A stretch of 64,000 bases of DNA from a virus: positions 22,040 to 86,039 of the IMG/VR virus record IMGVR_UViG_3300020420_000721. The stretch is one strand, 5' to 3'. The stretch's first letter is position 1. The number at the start of each line of letters is the position of its first letter. The notes beneath the pieces are model-generated. The model saw nothing but the letters and a program-made list of their open reading frames with translations. It was not told where the DNA came from and made no database searches. This document shows, one piece after another, positions 30,409-40,200 of the stretch. The translations under genes and the position numbers were made by a program.

Positions 30409-31763
30409 TGGCTGAGATGCAATATTTTTATGATAAACAGGTACGTAGGTACATTCAACAATTTATAAGATTGTTTAGTGGCTTTAGTGTACAAATGGGT
30501 GAAAGTGATGAAAAATTACCTGTCATGCAAAAAGTTCCTGTGCGTTATGGTGATATTAATAGAATGGCGGCACATATAACTCGTGAAAATTCTGAGAATA
30601 TTGTAAATACTGTTCCATTTATTTCATGTTATATTAATACACTTAATCTAGCACCTGAACGTAGAACTTATCAACAAAGTGTTGATAGTGTACAAGTTTT
30701 TGAAAAGGCAACAGATGAGTCTACTGGAGAATATACAGATAATATAGGATCAACATATACTGTACAAAGACATAATCCAGTTCCTTATATGATGGAAATG
30801 AATGTAGATGTATGGACTTCTAATACAGATCAAAAACTTCAATTACTTGAACAGATATTAGTATTATTCAATCCAACATTAAATATTAGAACTAGTGATA
30901 ATCCATTTGACTGGACTAGTTTAAGTTATGTTGAAATGACTAATATACTTTGGAGTAGTAGAAGTATTGGTTCAACAATCGATGATATTATTGATGTTGC
31001 AACAATGACTTTTCAGGTTCCAGTATTAATTACGCCACCAGCAAAACTTAAAAAACAAACTCTTATTCATACTATTATTGATAAGTTACATAATACAGAT
31101 GATCCGAACTTAGATTTATTTAGAGAGAACGAACCATTTGAAGCTCAAACAAATTATGTTGTTATAGCATTTAAAGATAGAAGATTAGAATATATAAATG
31201 GTGTTGCTAGAATATTAAACAATGCAGGTAAACCATTAAATGATGATGGTACTTCTTTAACCTGGGAACAAGTATTAAAACCTTATGGTCAATTACGTCC
31301 TGGAATTAGTCAAGTACGTTTAAGAAAAAGTAACGATATAGAAGATGCTTCAAATGATATTGTTGGTAAATTATCTTTTTCAACAAATGATAATGAACTA
31401 GCTGTTGATATTGATACTGATACATTACCAACAAATACTCTAAATCCTGTAGATGGAGTTTTAGATCCTACAAAAAATATTCCTGGTCAAGGAAATGTCC
31501 CTAGTCCTACTATGGGAAATCGTTATATTATTACTAAAGACTTAACTGACATTGCTATTTGGGGAGGATTAAAAGCCAAAGCAAATGATATTATAGAATA
31601 TAATGGCAGTGATTGGGTAGTTAGTTTTGTAAGTAGTCAAGTATCATTACAACAATATGTTAAGAATATTAAGACTGATGATCAATTAGAATGGAATGGT
31701 TCTGATTGGTTTAATAGTTTTGAAGGTTTGTATAAACCTGGTTTTTGGCGTATATATCTATAA
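30408..31763 (+). CDS. Tail terminator/sheath stabiliser (gp15-like) with C-terminal extension
   Basis: YFYDKQVRRY..F..LFS, VPVRYG, PVPY and QLLEQILVLFNP. Confidence 0.85.
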   Translation: MAEMQYFYDKQVRRYIQQFIRLFSGFSVQMGESDEKLPVMQKVPVRYGDINRMAAHITRENSENIVNTVPFISCYINTLNLAPERRTYQQSVDSVQVFEKATDESTGEYTDNIGSTYTVQRHNPVPYMMEMNVDVWTSNTDQKLQLLEQILVLFNPTLNIRTSDNPFDWTSLSYVEMTNILWSSRSIGSTIDDIIDVATMTFQVPVLITPPAKLKKQTLIHTIIDKLHNTDDPNLDLFRENEPFEAQTNYVVIAFKDRRLEYINGVARILNNAGKPLNDDGTSLTWEQVLKPYGQLRPGISQVRLRKSNDIEDASNDIVGKLSFSTNDNELAVDIDTDTLPTNTLNPVDGVLDPTKNIPGQGNVPSPTMGNRYIITKDLTDIAIWGGLKAKANDIIEYNGSDWVVSFVSSQVSLQQYVKNIKTDDQLEWNGSDWFNSFEGLYKPGFWRIYL

Positions 31764-31781
31764 TAATTAAGAACAATAACA

Positions 31782-32231
31782 ATGGATAAAAGAGTTATAA
31801 AAGCCAGTGGCTGTCTTGTACTAGCAACCGATACTGGAAGAATATTAATGCAACAACGGGGTGTAGAAGCAAATCATCCTCGTACCTGGTGTTTCTTTGG
31901 TGGTAAAAGTTATAAAGGTGAAAGACCAATCCAAACATTAAAAAGAGAATTAGAAGAAGAAATAGGAATGATTCCAGATATGGAAAAAATTATTCCTGTT
32001 CATCAGTATACTAGTGGTGATAAAAAGTTTGTCTATAATACTTTTGTTGTATTGGTACAAGAAGAATTCTTGCCTGTTCTTAATAATGAGAGTGATGGAT
32101 ATGCCTGGATAAAAGTAAATAACTGGCCTCGCCCTCTTCATCCAGGAGTTAAAAACCAGTTATTCAATAAAGAGTTTATAAAAAAGGTACAAACTGTTAT
32201 AGAAAGTAATGTTAGTGGTATACTAAATTAA
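31782..32231 (+). CDS. Nudix hydrolase
   Basis: GG-x5-E-x7-RELEEEIG Nudix box. Confidence 0.9.
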   Translation: MDKRVIKASGCLVLATDTGRILMQQRGVEANHPRTWCFFGGKSYKGERPIQTLKRELEEEIGMIPDMEKIIPVHQYTSGDKKFVYNTFVVLVQEEFLPVLNNESDGYAWIKVNNWPRPLHPGVKNQLFNKEFIKKVQTVIESNVSGILN

Positions 32232-33310
32232 TCAGTTCTTACTTTCTTTTTCATAGACTCAACGAATTGCGTTCTCAGCCATTCGTAATCATTAATCTTG
32301 TTTAGTTCTTCAACATTATCCTTATTAGCTTCACCAAAAGCTCTACCCTCTAATGCACCTTTAATACAATATCTACCAAAACGTCCGCCATTGTCAACTG
32401 TACACCATGTGTCAAGACGTTCTGTTGTATCTTTACTAGGAGCATTTGGATTAATCTTTGATGCTAATTTAGCACATTCACGGAAAGCACTTCTCCATGT
32501 TCTATAAGGATCTTTATTAAATGCAGTTGTATTAGATACTTCTTTAACAGGTTGGTAAAAAGATACTCCTGTTGTATAGTCTGGAAGTTCATGACCTAAA
32601 TCAACTAGTTGTTGTCTTGGAAATAATTTTACTGCACCATATCCATAAACAAGATCATTAATAGGATTTCTTGCCTGCCATACATAAGTTGTATTAGCTC
32701 TTTTATTCATCGGTGGTATGTAGTCAAATTTAAAATCATCTGCAATAAGAGCATCAGCATCAACAATATAAACCATTTCTGATTTAGATTTAATACCTGC
32801 TTCTCTGTGTGCATTTCCTATACCCTGAACATTTTTAATATGTTGGATATCTGGAAAACGTTGTTTAAGTTTTATAAAATTTTGGTCTGCTTCTTCTTCA
32901 TGGAATGAAATCATAAAGATATCAAAGTCTGCTTCATGATAACTTCCGATAATATTACTACTGATGATGCCTAAGTTTGCACCGTTTGTTGGTACAAGTT
33001 TAATATCTCCGTAGTCTACTGGTCGACGAGTACGTCTTACTACTCTTGGGAATTCATGTATAACTGCACGTTCAAGGTCATTTGGTCTATAGTGCCACGG
33101 AAAGTCATCTCTTGGAGTTGCTTTTTCATCTACAACCCAAGCCATATCACTTTCACCTCTATGTCTCCATGCAAGTTGAAGAGCATCTTCTTCTGTTTTT
33201 GTACGAGGTGCGGTAACAACCGGATATGAACCAAAAATATGTTTCTTTAATCTGTCCCAAGGTGTAACAACGTTTTGTCCTGTGTACTCAAAAAGTTGAG
33301 TATGTTTCAT
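32228..33310 (-). CDS. Glycosyltransferase-like protein with tandem GT-A-type domains
   Basis: YIVDADA DxD motif, YGAVKLFP and WRSAFRE; degenerate N-terminal copy. Confidence 0.6.
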   Translation of the reverse strand: MKHTQLFEYTGQNVVTPWDRLKKHIFGSYPVVTAPRTKTEEDALQLAWRHRGESDMAWVVDEKATPRDDFPWHYRPNDLERAVIHEFPRVVRRTRRPVDYGDIKLVPTNGANLGIISSNIIGSYHEADFDIFMISFHEEEADQNFIKLKQRFPDIQHIKNVQGIGNAHREAGIKSKSEMVYIVDADALIADDFKFDYIPPMNKRANTTYVWQARNPINDLVYGYGAVKLFPRQQLVDLGHELPDYTTGVSFYQPVKEVSNTTAFNKDPYRTWRSAFRECAKLASKINPNAPSKDTTERLDTWCTVDNGGRFGRYCIKGALEGRAFGEANKDNVEELNKINDYEWLRTQFVESMKKKVRTD

Positions 33311-33311
33311 G

Positions 33312-33971
33312 TTAAGTTTCTTCATTGCAATCACCTTGTATTGTGTAAGCTCTAGTTCCTACATGAGCAACCTGCTTACTTATATCTTGTTCAAGCCAGA
33401 TATCAAATCCAGCTTCTCGGGCTTTAAAACAGAAATATATATCCTCGCCCATTAATGAAGTATAATCATCTAACCATTTTACACTAAAGAATGGTTTTTC
33501 TAGTTTTTCAAATACTTCTCTTTTTACTAGCATGGCTCCCATGCCAACTGCTTCTACCATTTCTAAACCAGTACCATCATAAACACGTTTATCTAAATTA
33601 TAAACATCTTTAAATGCAACCGGTTTATGTGGTGGCACTCTTGTACTATAGTTACAAGCAATAATGTCTTTCTTGTGTGATAAAAGTGCCTGTAATAAGT
33701 TACTAGGAAATCTCATATCACTATCTATCCAAAGTATGTGTGTAAAATCTGTTTCAGCTAATGCATCAACGGCTAGTTGTTGTCTTTGCATTGCTACTTC
33801 ACTTCCTTGTAACATTCTTAATTCAATATGTTGACCATCTTGTCCACATTTTTTCATTAAGTTTGCAATAGAAAATGTATAAGCAGAAGTTACATAGTCC
33901 CTTACTGGAGTTGCTATTATAACCTTTGTGTTAAGTACTTTTTCATAATGAAACTTTGGTACTGTTACCAT
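33312..33971 (-). CDS. GT2-family glycosyltransferase
   Basis: IATP, THILWIDSDM, GMGAMLV and GEDIYFC. Confidence 0.82.
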   Translation of the reverse strand: MVTVPKFHYEKVLNTKVIIATPVRDYVTSAYTFSIANLMKKCGQDGQHIELRMLQGSEVAMQRQQLAVDALAETDFTHILWIDSDMRFPSNLLQALLSHKKDIIACNYSTRVPPHKPVAFKDVYNLDKRVYDGTGLEMVEAVGMGAMLVKREVFEKLEKPFFSVKWLDDYTSLMGEDIYFCFKAREAGFDIWLEQDISKQVAHVGTRAYTIQGDCNEET

Positions 33972-33979
33972 TACTTACC

Positions 33980-34411
33980 TTACTTTGCAAGTTCATCTGG
34001 TACTAGATCACTTCCAAGTTCTGCTTCAATTTCTTTAACAGATGTATTTAATGATTTTGCCAAAGTAGTTGCTGACTTAACTGTTGATGCAAATGCTTCA
34101 TCAGAAAGTGCAACCATATAATTCATATGTTCTGGCTGTACTTTACCAAGTGTCAAAATATCAATAGCGGCTAGTTTTGCTAAACGCTCTACCCAATATT
34201 GTTCTTCTTCTGATTCAATTGATTTTAGTAGATCTTCTACATTGTGTTCTTTTGAGAACTCCTCATATACTTCTTCGAGTACTGGGAGGTCTGGATGATT
34301 TTGCTCACGTGCTTGGTTTAAGTCAGCTATCAAAGCCTGTGCTTTACGAGCTGGCGTTGGATGAGCACCAAGGACGAAAGTTTTAATTTCGAATTTAGTA
34401 CGAATACTCAT
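33980..34411 (-). CDS. Hypothetical protein
   Basis: 143 aa with an AGGAG RBS and its own promoter. Confidence 0.7.
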   Translation of the reverse strand: MSIRTKFEIKTFVLGAHPTPARKAQALIADLNQAREQNHPDLPVLEEVYEEFSKEHNVEDLLKSIESEEEQYWVERLAKLAAIDILTLGKVQPEHMNYMVALSDEAFASTVKSATTLAKSLNTSVKEIEAELGSDLVPDELAK

Positions 34412-34465
34412 TGTTTTCTCCTATTAATTTCTGGCTGAGTTTACAGTTTATATTAGATATAATCA

Positions 34466-34499
34466 TATTTATTATATGTAAATTGTAGGAGGTTGTCAA
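34466..34499 (-). promoter_or_regulatory. Consensus sigma70 promoter overlapping a late ATAAATA box
   Basis: TTGACA (34494-34499)-17-TATAAT (34471-34476), then ATAAATA (34466-34472). Confidence 0.8.
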
Positions 34500-34532
34500 T
34501 ATATTTATTGACAAACCCCCTAATAATTCTAT

Positions 34533-34790
34533 TTAGTAGTTTGATGAGCCTGGTTCATCTAGTGACGGATCTACGCCTGAAGATGTACCCCATTTATTCT
34601 GGTTTTGCCAGCCACCAAATGTAGCTGAAACTTTAATGTTAGTCAGTACTTGCGGACTAATGAAAGCACCAAGTGTATATAGTGAAATTTGACCACTTAA
34701 CCCAAAATAATTACGGATAGAACTCATTGACAACATACTACCTGTTGCTGGTAGCGATGTTCCTGTGTAATCTTGTGTTGTTGTTGACAT
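34533..34790 (-). CDS. Small fibre-associated protein
   Basis: LPATGSMLSMSSIRNYFG resembles N-termini of small fibre-tip proteins; AGGAG RBS before MSTTTQ. Confidence 0.55.
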   Translation of the reverse strand: MSTTTQDYTGTSLPATGSMLSMSSIRNYFGLSGQISLYTLGAFISPQVLTNIKVSATFGGWQNQNKWGTSSGVDPSLDEPGSSNY

Positions 34791-34938
34791 TAGGCTTTCT
34801 CCTATAGGATTTTTTTGCAAAAATTAGAGCTATATCTTCACGATTTTGCTCACAATGTATTTATACATTTATAAAATATAAAACCACATTGTTAACTTAA
34901 AAATACTATAATTTGTACGATATTTAGCTCAAAAGAAT

Positions 34939-34968
34939 GGAGGGTGAGCACCAAGCAGTTCACCCTCC
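34939..34968 (-). terminator. Hairpin after the fibre gene (probable terminator)
   Basis: GGAGGGTGA..TCACCCTCC inverted repeat. Confidence 0.55.
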
Positions 34969-35024
34969 TAATATTTTTAACCCTTATTTGATCAATACCT
35001 GGCCGTATAAATCCAAGGTCCTAA

Positions 35025-37118
35025 TTATTTCTTAGCTTTTAGCTCAGCTACCTGTGCAGACAGCTCTTTTACAGCTTCAATTAGAAGACCTGTAATGTTA
35101 CCATATGCTACTGATTTTAAACCATGTGCGTCAGTTTTCACAGCTTCAGGAAGTACTGCTTCAAGTTCTTGAGCAACAACACCAGTTGATGTTGAACCGT
35201 CGTTAATTCTATCAAATGTGATACCACGGATTGATTCAACTTTACCTAGTGCGCCATCAATAGTTTTGATGTTTGTTTTTAAGCTCTCGTCTGAGTATGC
35301 TGTAACATCACCTGTTGCATATACAGAACCGAATGTTACATCTGAAGTAGTTGTAACGTTTTGGTTCATTGCATCTGCGTATGCGTTATCAGTAAATCTA
35401 CCGTCTAAGTCAACTGTAAGATCGCCTGATGTACGTGTGAATGTAACTACACCTGTACCTGTATTAAATGATACACCTGTAATATCACGATTGTCTGAGT
35501 GTGATGTTGCCGCTGTTTGAGCCGCATTCGCTTTTGTAGTTGCGTCTGCTGATGCTGTTGAAATTGCATCTGCTTCTGCCGCATCTGCTTTAGTTGTTGC
35601 GTCAACTGATGCAGTTGAGATTGCTTCTGCTTTCGCTGTTGCAATATTGTTAACTACTGTTGCTGAGAAGTTTGCATCATCGCCCATTGCCGCCGCTAGT
35701 TCATTTAGAGTATCTAGTGCGCCTGGAGCAGATGCAATTAAGTCTGCAATTTTTCCGTCAACGTATGATTGCGAAGCCATATCTGAACCACCTACTGACA
35801 TACCTGTACCTGATGCTGAAATGTCTACACCACCTAGGTCAATTGTTGAACCTTTTAGGAATAGTTTGTTCCAACGTTTATCAGCTGAACCTAAGTTATA
35901 AGTTTCAGTTGCTGAAGGAAGAATGTCTGCATCAACATAACCAAGTTTAGTGTCTACTCTATCATTTGTAAAGTATAGGTTAGTTGTACCTTCTGCTACG
36001 TCATCAGTTGTAAGAGCATTAATTACTGCTGTAATTGCTGTCTCACGAGCATTTGTGTATGTCTCTGCTGTTGAAACTGCGTCTGCTTCTGCTGTATCTG
36101 CGTATGTTTGATAAGCTGAAGTAATTGCTGTCTCACGTGTGTTTGTGTACGCTTGAGCTGTAGCCGTTGCGTTTGCTTCTGCGTTGTTAGCTTTAGCAGT
36201 TGCGTCTGCTGAAGCTGTAGATATTGCGTTTGTAATTGCTGTAGAATTTGCCGCAATGTCAGTTGCATTGTTAGCTGTTGTAGTTTGTAACACGCCGATT
36301 GCCGCTGTGTTAGTTGCAATGTTTGTATTTGCTGTAGTGATATCACTGTCGTTGCCAGCGATTTCAGTTTTCAGTTCGTTAATTGCGCCTGTTACATTCT
36401 GTGAAGTTGTATTAAGTGTCGCTGTACCCATAGTAAGTTCTAGGGCATCAATGTCACTTTCAACACCTGTTAGCTGTGATGAAACATCGATTCCTGCTAT
36501 CTGAGCATCTACATAAGCAATAGAAGCCTTAGCCGCTAATGCTGTTGTGATAGTTGAAGCATAGTTAGCGTCGTCACCTAAAGCCGCCGCCAACTCATTT
36601 AGAGTGTCGAGTGCCGCTGGTGCTCCGTTAATTACGTCATCAAACTTATCATCTACGTATGTTTTGTTGGCGGCGTCTGTGCCGTCAACTGGTGTTGTAA
36701 CGTTAATAATTCTATTCGAATCCATGTCAATTTTATCACCAAATTTAACAGCTGAACCAGCTGAGTCAGTGATTGCTGATCCTGTTTGGATCTGCATTGT
36801 TGACATTATTTGAATGTTACCGGTACCTGCAGGTAGTAGTTCAATAGAACCAACACCTGTTGTTTTGAAACGTAGATCTTGGTCTGCGTCAGTTCCTAGT
36901 GTAATAGTATCGCTATCATCTTCGATAACTTTTTTACCATTAACATATAAAGAACCTGGACCTACGTACACGTCTTTCCATTGCTTCGTCGGCGAACCTA
37001 AGTCATATGTGATGTCCGCTGAAGGAAGAATGTGACCTGTCATCTCAAGATTACCAGTGATAAGCGAATCATCATTTACGCTAAATCCACCGTCGATAAT
37101 AAATCTTTTTTGTGCCAT
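35025..37118 (-). CDS. Tail fibre with C-terminal intramolecular chaperone (peptidase S74)
   Basis: APAALDTLNELAAALGDD-type motif twice; YSDESLKTNI, GVVAQE and LIEAVKEL. Confidence 0.88.
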   Translation of the reverse strand: MAQKRFIIDGGFSVNDDSLITGNLEMTGHILPSADITYDLGSPTKQWKDVYVGPGSLYVNGKKVIEDDSDTITLGTDADQDLRFKTTGVGSIELLPAGTGNIQIMSTMQIQTGSAITDSAGSAVKFGDKIDMDSNRIINVTTPVDGTDAANKTYVDDKFDDVINGAPAALDTLNELAAALGDDANYASTITTALAAKASIAYVDAQIAGIDVSSQLTGVESDIDALELTMGTATLNTTSQNVTGAINELKTEIAGNDSDITTANTNIATNTAAIGVLQTTTANNATDIAANSTAITNAISTASADATAKANNAEANATATAQAYTNTRETAITSAYQTYADTAEADAVSTAETYTNARETAITAVINALTTDDVAEGTTNLYFTNDRVDTKLGYVDADILPSATETYNLGSADKRWNKLFLKGSTIDLGGVDISASGTGMSVGGSDMASQSYVDGKIADLIASAPGALDTLNELAAAMGDDANFSATVVNNIATAKAEAISTASVDATTKADAAEADAISTASADATTKANAAQTAATSHSDNRDITGVSFNTGTGVVTFTRTSGDLTVDLDGRFTDNAYADAMNQNVTTTSDVTFGSVYATGDVTAYSDESLKTNIKTIDGALGKVESIRGITFDRINDGSTSTGVVAQELEAVLPEAVKTDAHGLKSVAYGNITGLLIEAVKELSAQVAELKAKK

Positions 37119-37239
37119 TTTTCGATTCCTTTATTTGATCAAATAAAAGCGTTGCTCATGCAACGTAGTATTTAGTTGCTAATTCTTCGTATTAAGTACT
37201 TTGCTAATATAATTGGTGTTTTCAAAGTACTTTTTAGCC

Positions 37240-37267
37240 AAAAAAAAGGGCGGTGTTTCCACCGCCC
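37240..37267 (-). terminator. Rho-independent terminator
   Basis: GGGCGGTG-GAAA-CACCGCCC followed by a T run. Confidence 0.88.
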
Positions 37268-37286
37268 CAAAGTTTTAGTCTACTTA

Positions 37287-40200
37287 TTATACATCTATGT
37301 AAGTTGAGATAACTTTAACAGTTACATTACCGCCATTTGATGTGTAGAATAGCTGTACGTCATTACCATTCATTGCTACTGTAGCATCACCTAATAGAGC
37401 CGCTCCTGTGTATACAAGTGCATACTCAGTGATGTAGGCTGTTGTTCCATCGTGTACTACTAGAGCTTCACGAGTTTCGTATTCACCTGCACCATTGTCT
37501 ACTTGAATGATGTATTTTGCTGAACGATATGCTGTACCAGAGAAAGTATCAACTGGTGTACCGCCATTAGTTGCTGTTACTGCTGATTGCTGTACATATG
37601 CTTTGATATCTGCAGAAAACTTATCGAATGTTACAGAAGCTGTTTCTAAGTAAGGTACCGCTCCTAACATATGGGAGATAACAACCGCTTGAGAGCCAGT
37701 TGGAATTGGATCAGTAAATGTGATCGTACCCGCTGTACTGTCAATTGAGTAGTGAGTTGTTGGATCCTGTACAACACCGCCTACGAAAACCATCGCCGCG
37801 ACTTGAGTTGTATCAAAGCCTAGTGCGAATGTTTGTGTAGTGCCATCACCATTAATAGTGATACGATTTGCGTTAGCAAATGCAAGGTGTGAAACATCGA
37901 TTAGTTCCATTCCAGTTTCTGCGCCATTTACGGCAAGAACTTTACCTTCTTGACCAGCAAATGTAGTATCTGTGACATCAGTAGCATCTAGTACTGAGTG
38001 GTCTGCATTAACACTGATAACACCTGTTGAGCTGTCGTATGAAGCAACGCCACCACGTGTTGTTGAGTCTACAAGCGAAATAGCCGCTCTTGAACGTGAG
38101 TCTAGGTAGTATAAGTTACCTGCACCCTCAGCAAGATCATCAGACGTAAATGCTGAGATATGTTGTGAGCTTAGGCTTGATGTTAAGTAACCTAGGTTGA
38201 CTGCATCACCCGCAAGTGTTGGAGCCGCCACGTTAGATATGCCATTTGAACCCATGTCAATTGCACCAGCCATTGTACCGCCTGCTTTTTCTAGTCTAGC
38301 CGCAATAGCTGTATCATGAGCCGCATCAGCCGCTTTGTAAGCTGTGTCAACTGCTTTAATAGCAGTATCTAAAGCTTCGTCTGCGTTTGATAGACTTGAT
38401 GCTGTAGCAAGATAGTTTGTTCCTGCTGGTGCAGTATACGTACCATCTGTGCCTAAACCAGCACCAGTTTCGATTGCATTGATTTCGTTTAAGTTTGCAG
38501 TAACGAGACCTGTAAGTGTTGAGTCTGCATTCTGGAACTCTGTAACGATTTCAGTTAATGAATCGAGAGCCGCTGGATCAGTGTTTGAAATGATGTTGTT
38601 GATTGATGCTAGGTTAGTAGCAATATCACCTTCTGCTACTGTAAGTCTTGCGTCAATAGCATCTGCTTCACCATGCATTTCATTAACCGCGCCTGCTAGT
38701 GTAGCTGAAGTTGTATCTAGAGCAGTACCTTCACCTGTGAAAGTTTGTAGAGAATCTACTTCACCTTCAGCAGTTGTTAGTCTTGTATCTAGAGCACCTT
38801 CTGCCGCTATCGCACGGTCATCTGCTGTTTTAAGAGCAGTATCTAGCTTCTTGTCAGCGTCTTTTAGCGAAGTACCTGCTGACAGATAGTTAGTAGTTGC
38901 ATCTGCCGCATATGTACCGTCTGCCGCTAATCCAGCACCAGTTTGTGTTGCTGTAATTTCGCCTTCTGCTGAAGTTAGACGAGTATCAAGTGCACCTTCT
39001 ACGCCTTGAGCACGAGCTGATTCAGCATCGATATTGTTTTGTAAAGTAGTATCAGCATTTCCTCTTGCTGTTGCTTCTGCTGTTACTGCTGAAATTCTAT
39101 CTGCAATTTCAGTTGTAAGATTATCAGCATTCGCTTTAGCTTGAGTATCTAATGCTACTAGACCTGCTTTAACTGTAGCAGTTGTGCCTAAGTAGTTAGA
39201 TGTTGCTGGTGCAGTGTAAGATCCATCTGCGTTTAAGCCGATTGAACTTTCTGCTGTATCGATAGCTTGAGTTAGTACAACGTCTGCCGCTTCGTAATCT
39301 GAGACTATGCCTGCATCAGCCGCTTGGAAAGCAGTTGTTACAGCCGCATCACCAGTTGTGATAGCATTGGCGTTAGTTGCAATAGCTGAGTCAAGTGCTG
39401 TTAGAGCACCCTTCATAGTTGTTGCATCATCTAAGTGGTTTGAACCAGTATGTGCTGAGTATGATCCGTCAGCGTTTAGTCCAAGTGCCGCTTGAGTATT
39501 AGCAACCTCTGTTAAGTTAGCATCTATTTCTCCGTGAATTTCATTGATAGCACCACCAAGTGATGTTGCTGTAGTTGCTAACGGTGTAGAAGCGACATCA
39601 CCAACTAGTGCTTCTAGTGATGAGATATCGCCTTCAACTGCATCCATTTCATTATTTAAAGTTGTAATGGCTGTGCCGTTGTTTGTTATTAGTGTTTGTA
39701 GACTTGAATCCGCCGCCGCAAATGCGTCGCCGATTTCTTTCAACGTATCTAGAGCGCCATCAGCACCTTGAAGGATATCGTCAATTCTTCCTTTTTCAAT
39801 GTTGATGTTACCTTCTGCTGTAGTCATTCTTCCGTCTAATGTTGTAATATTACCAGCATTAGTTAGAATGTCAGCAGTATGTACTGCGTCTGCCGCTGTA
39901 GAACGAGTTACTTCGTTATCAATTTTAGTTTCGATACGAGCTTCTTCGCCTTCTGCACGTGCTTGTTCTGCATCTACATCAGCTTCACGATCTACTATTT
40001 CTGCCGCGATAGCATCTGCATTAACTTTACTTTGCGTATCTAGTTTTTCTGTAGCATCTTTTAAAGATGTTGCAGTTGGTAGATAGTTAGTTGTTGCATT
40101 CGCAACATAAGAACCATCAGCCGCTAGACCTGCGCCTGTTTGAGTATCATCTACTTCACCAGAAAGTGTGTCAATGTTACCTTGTAATGTTAAGTCAGCC

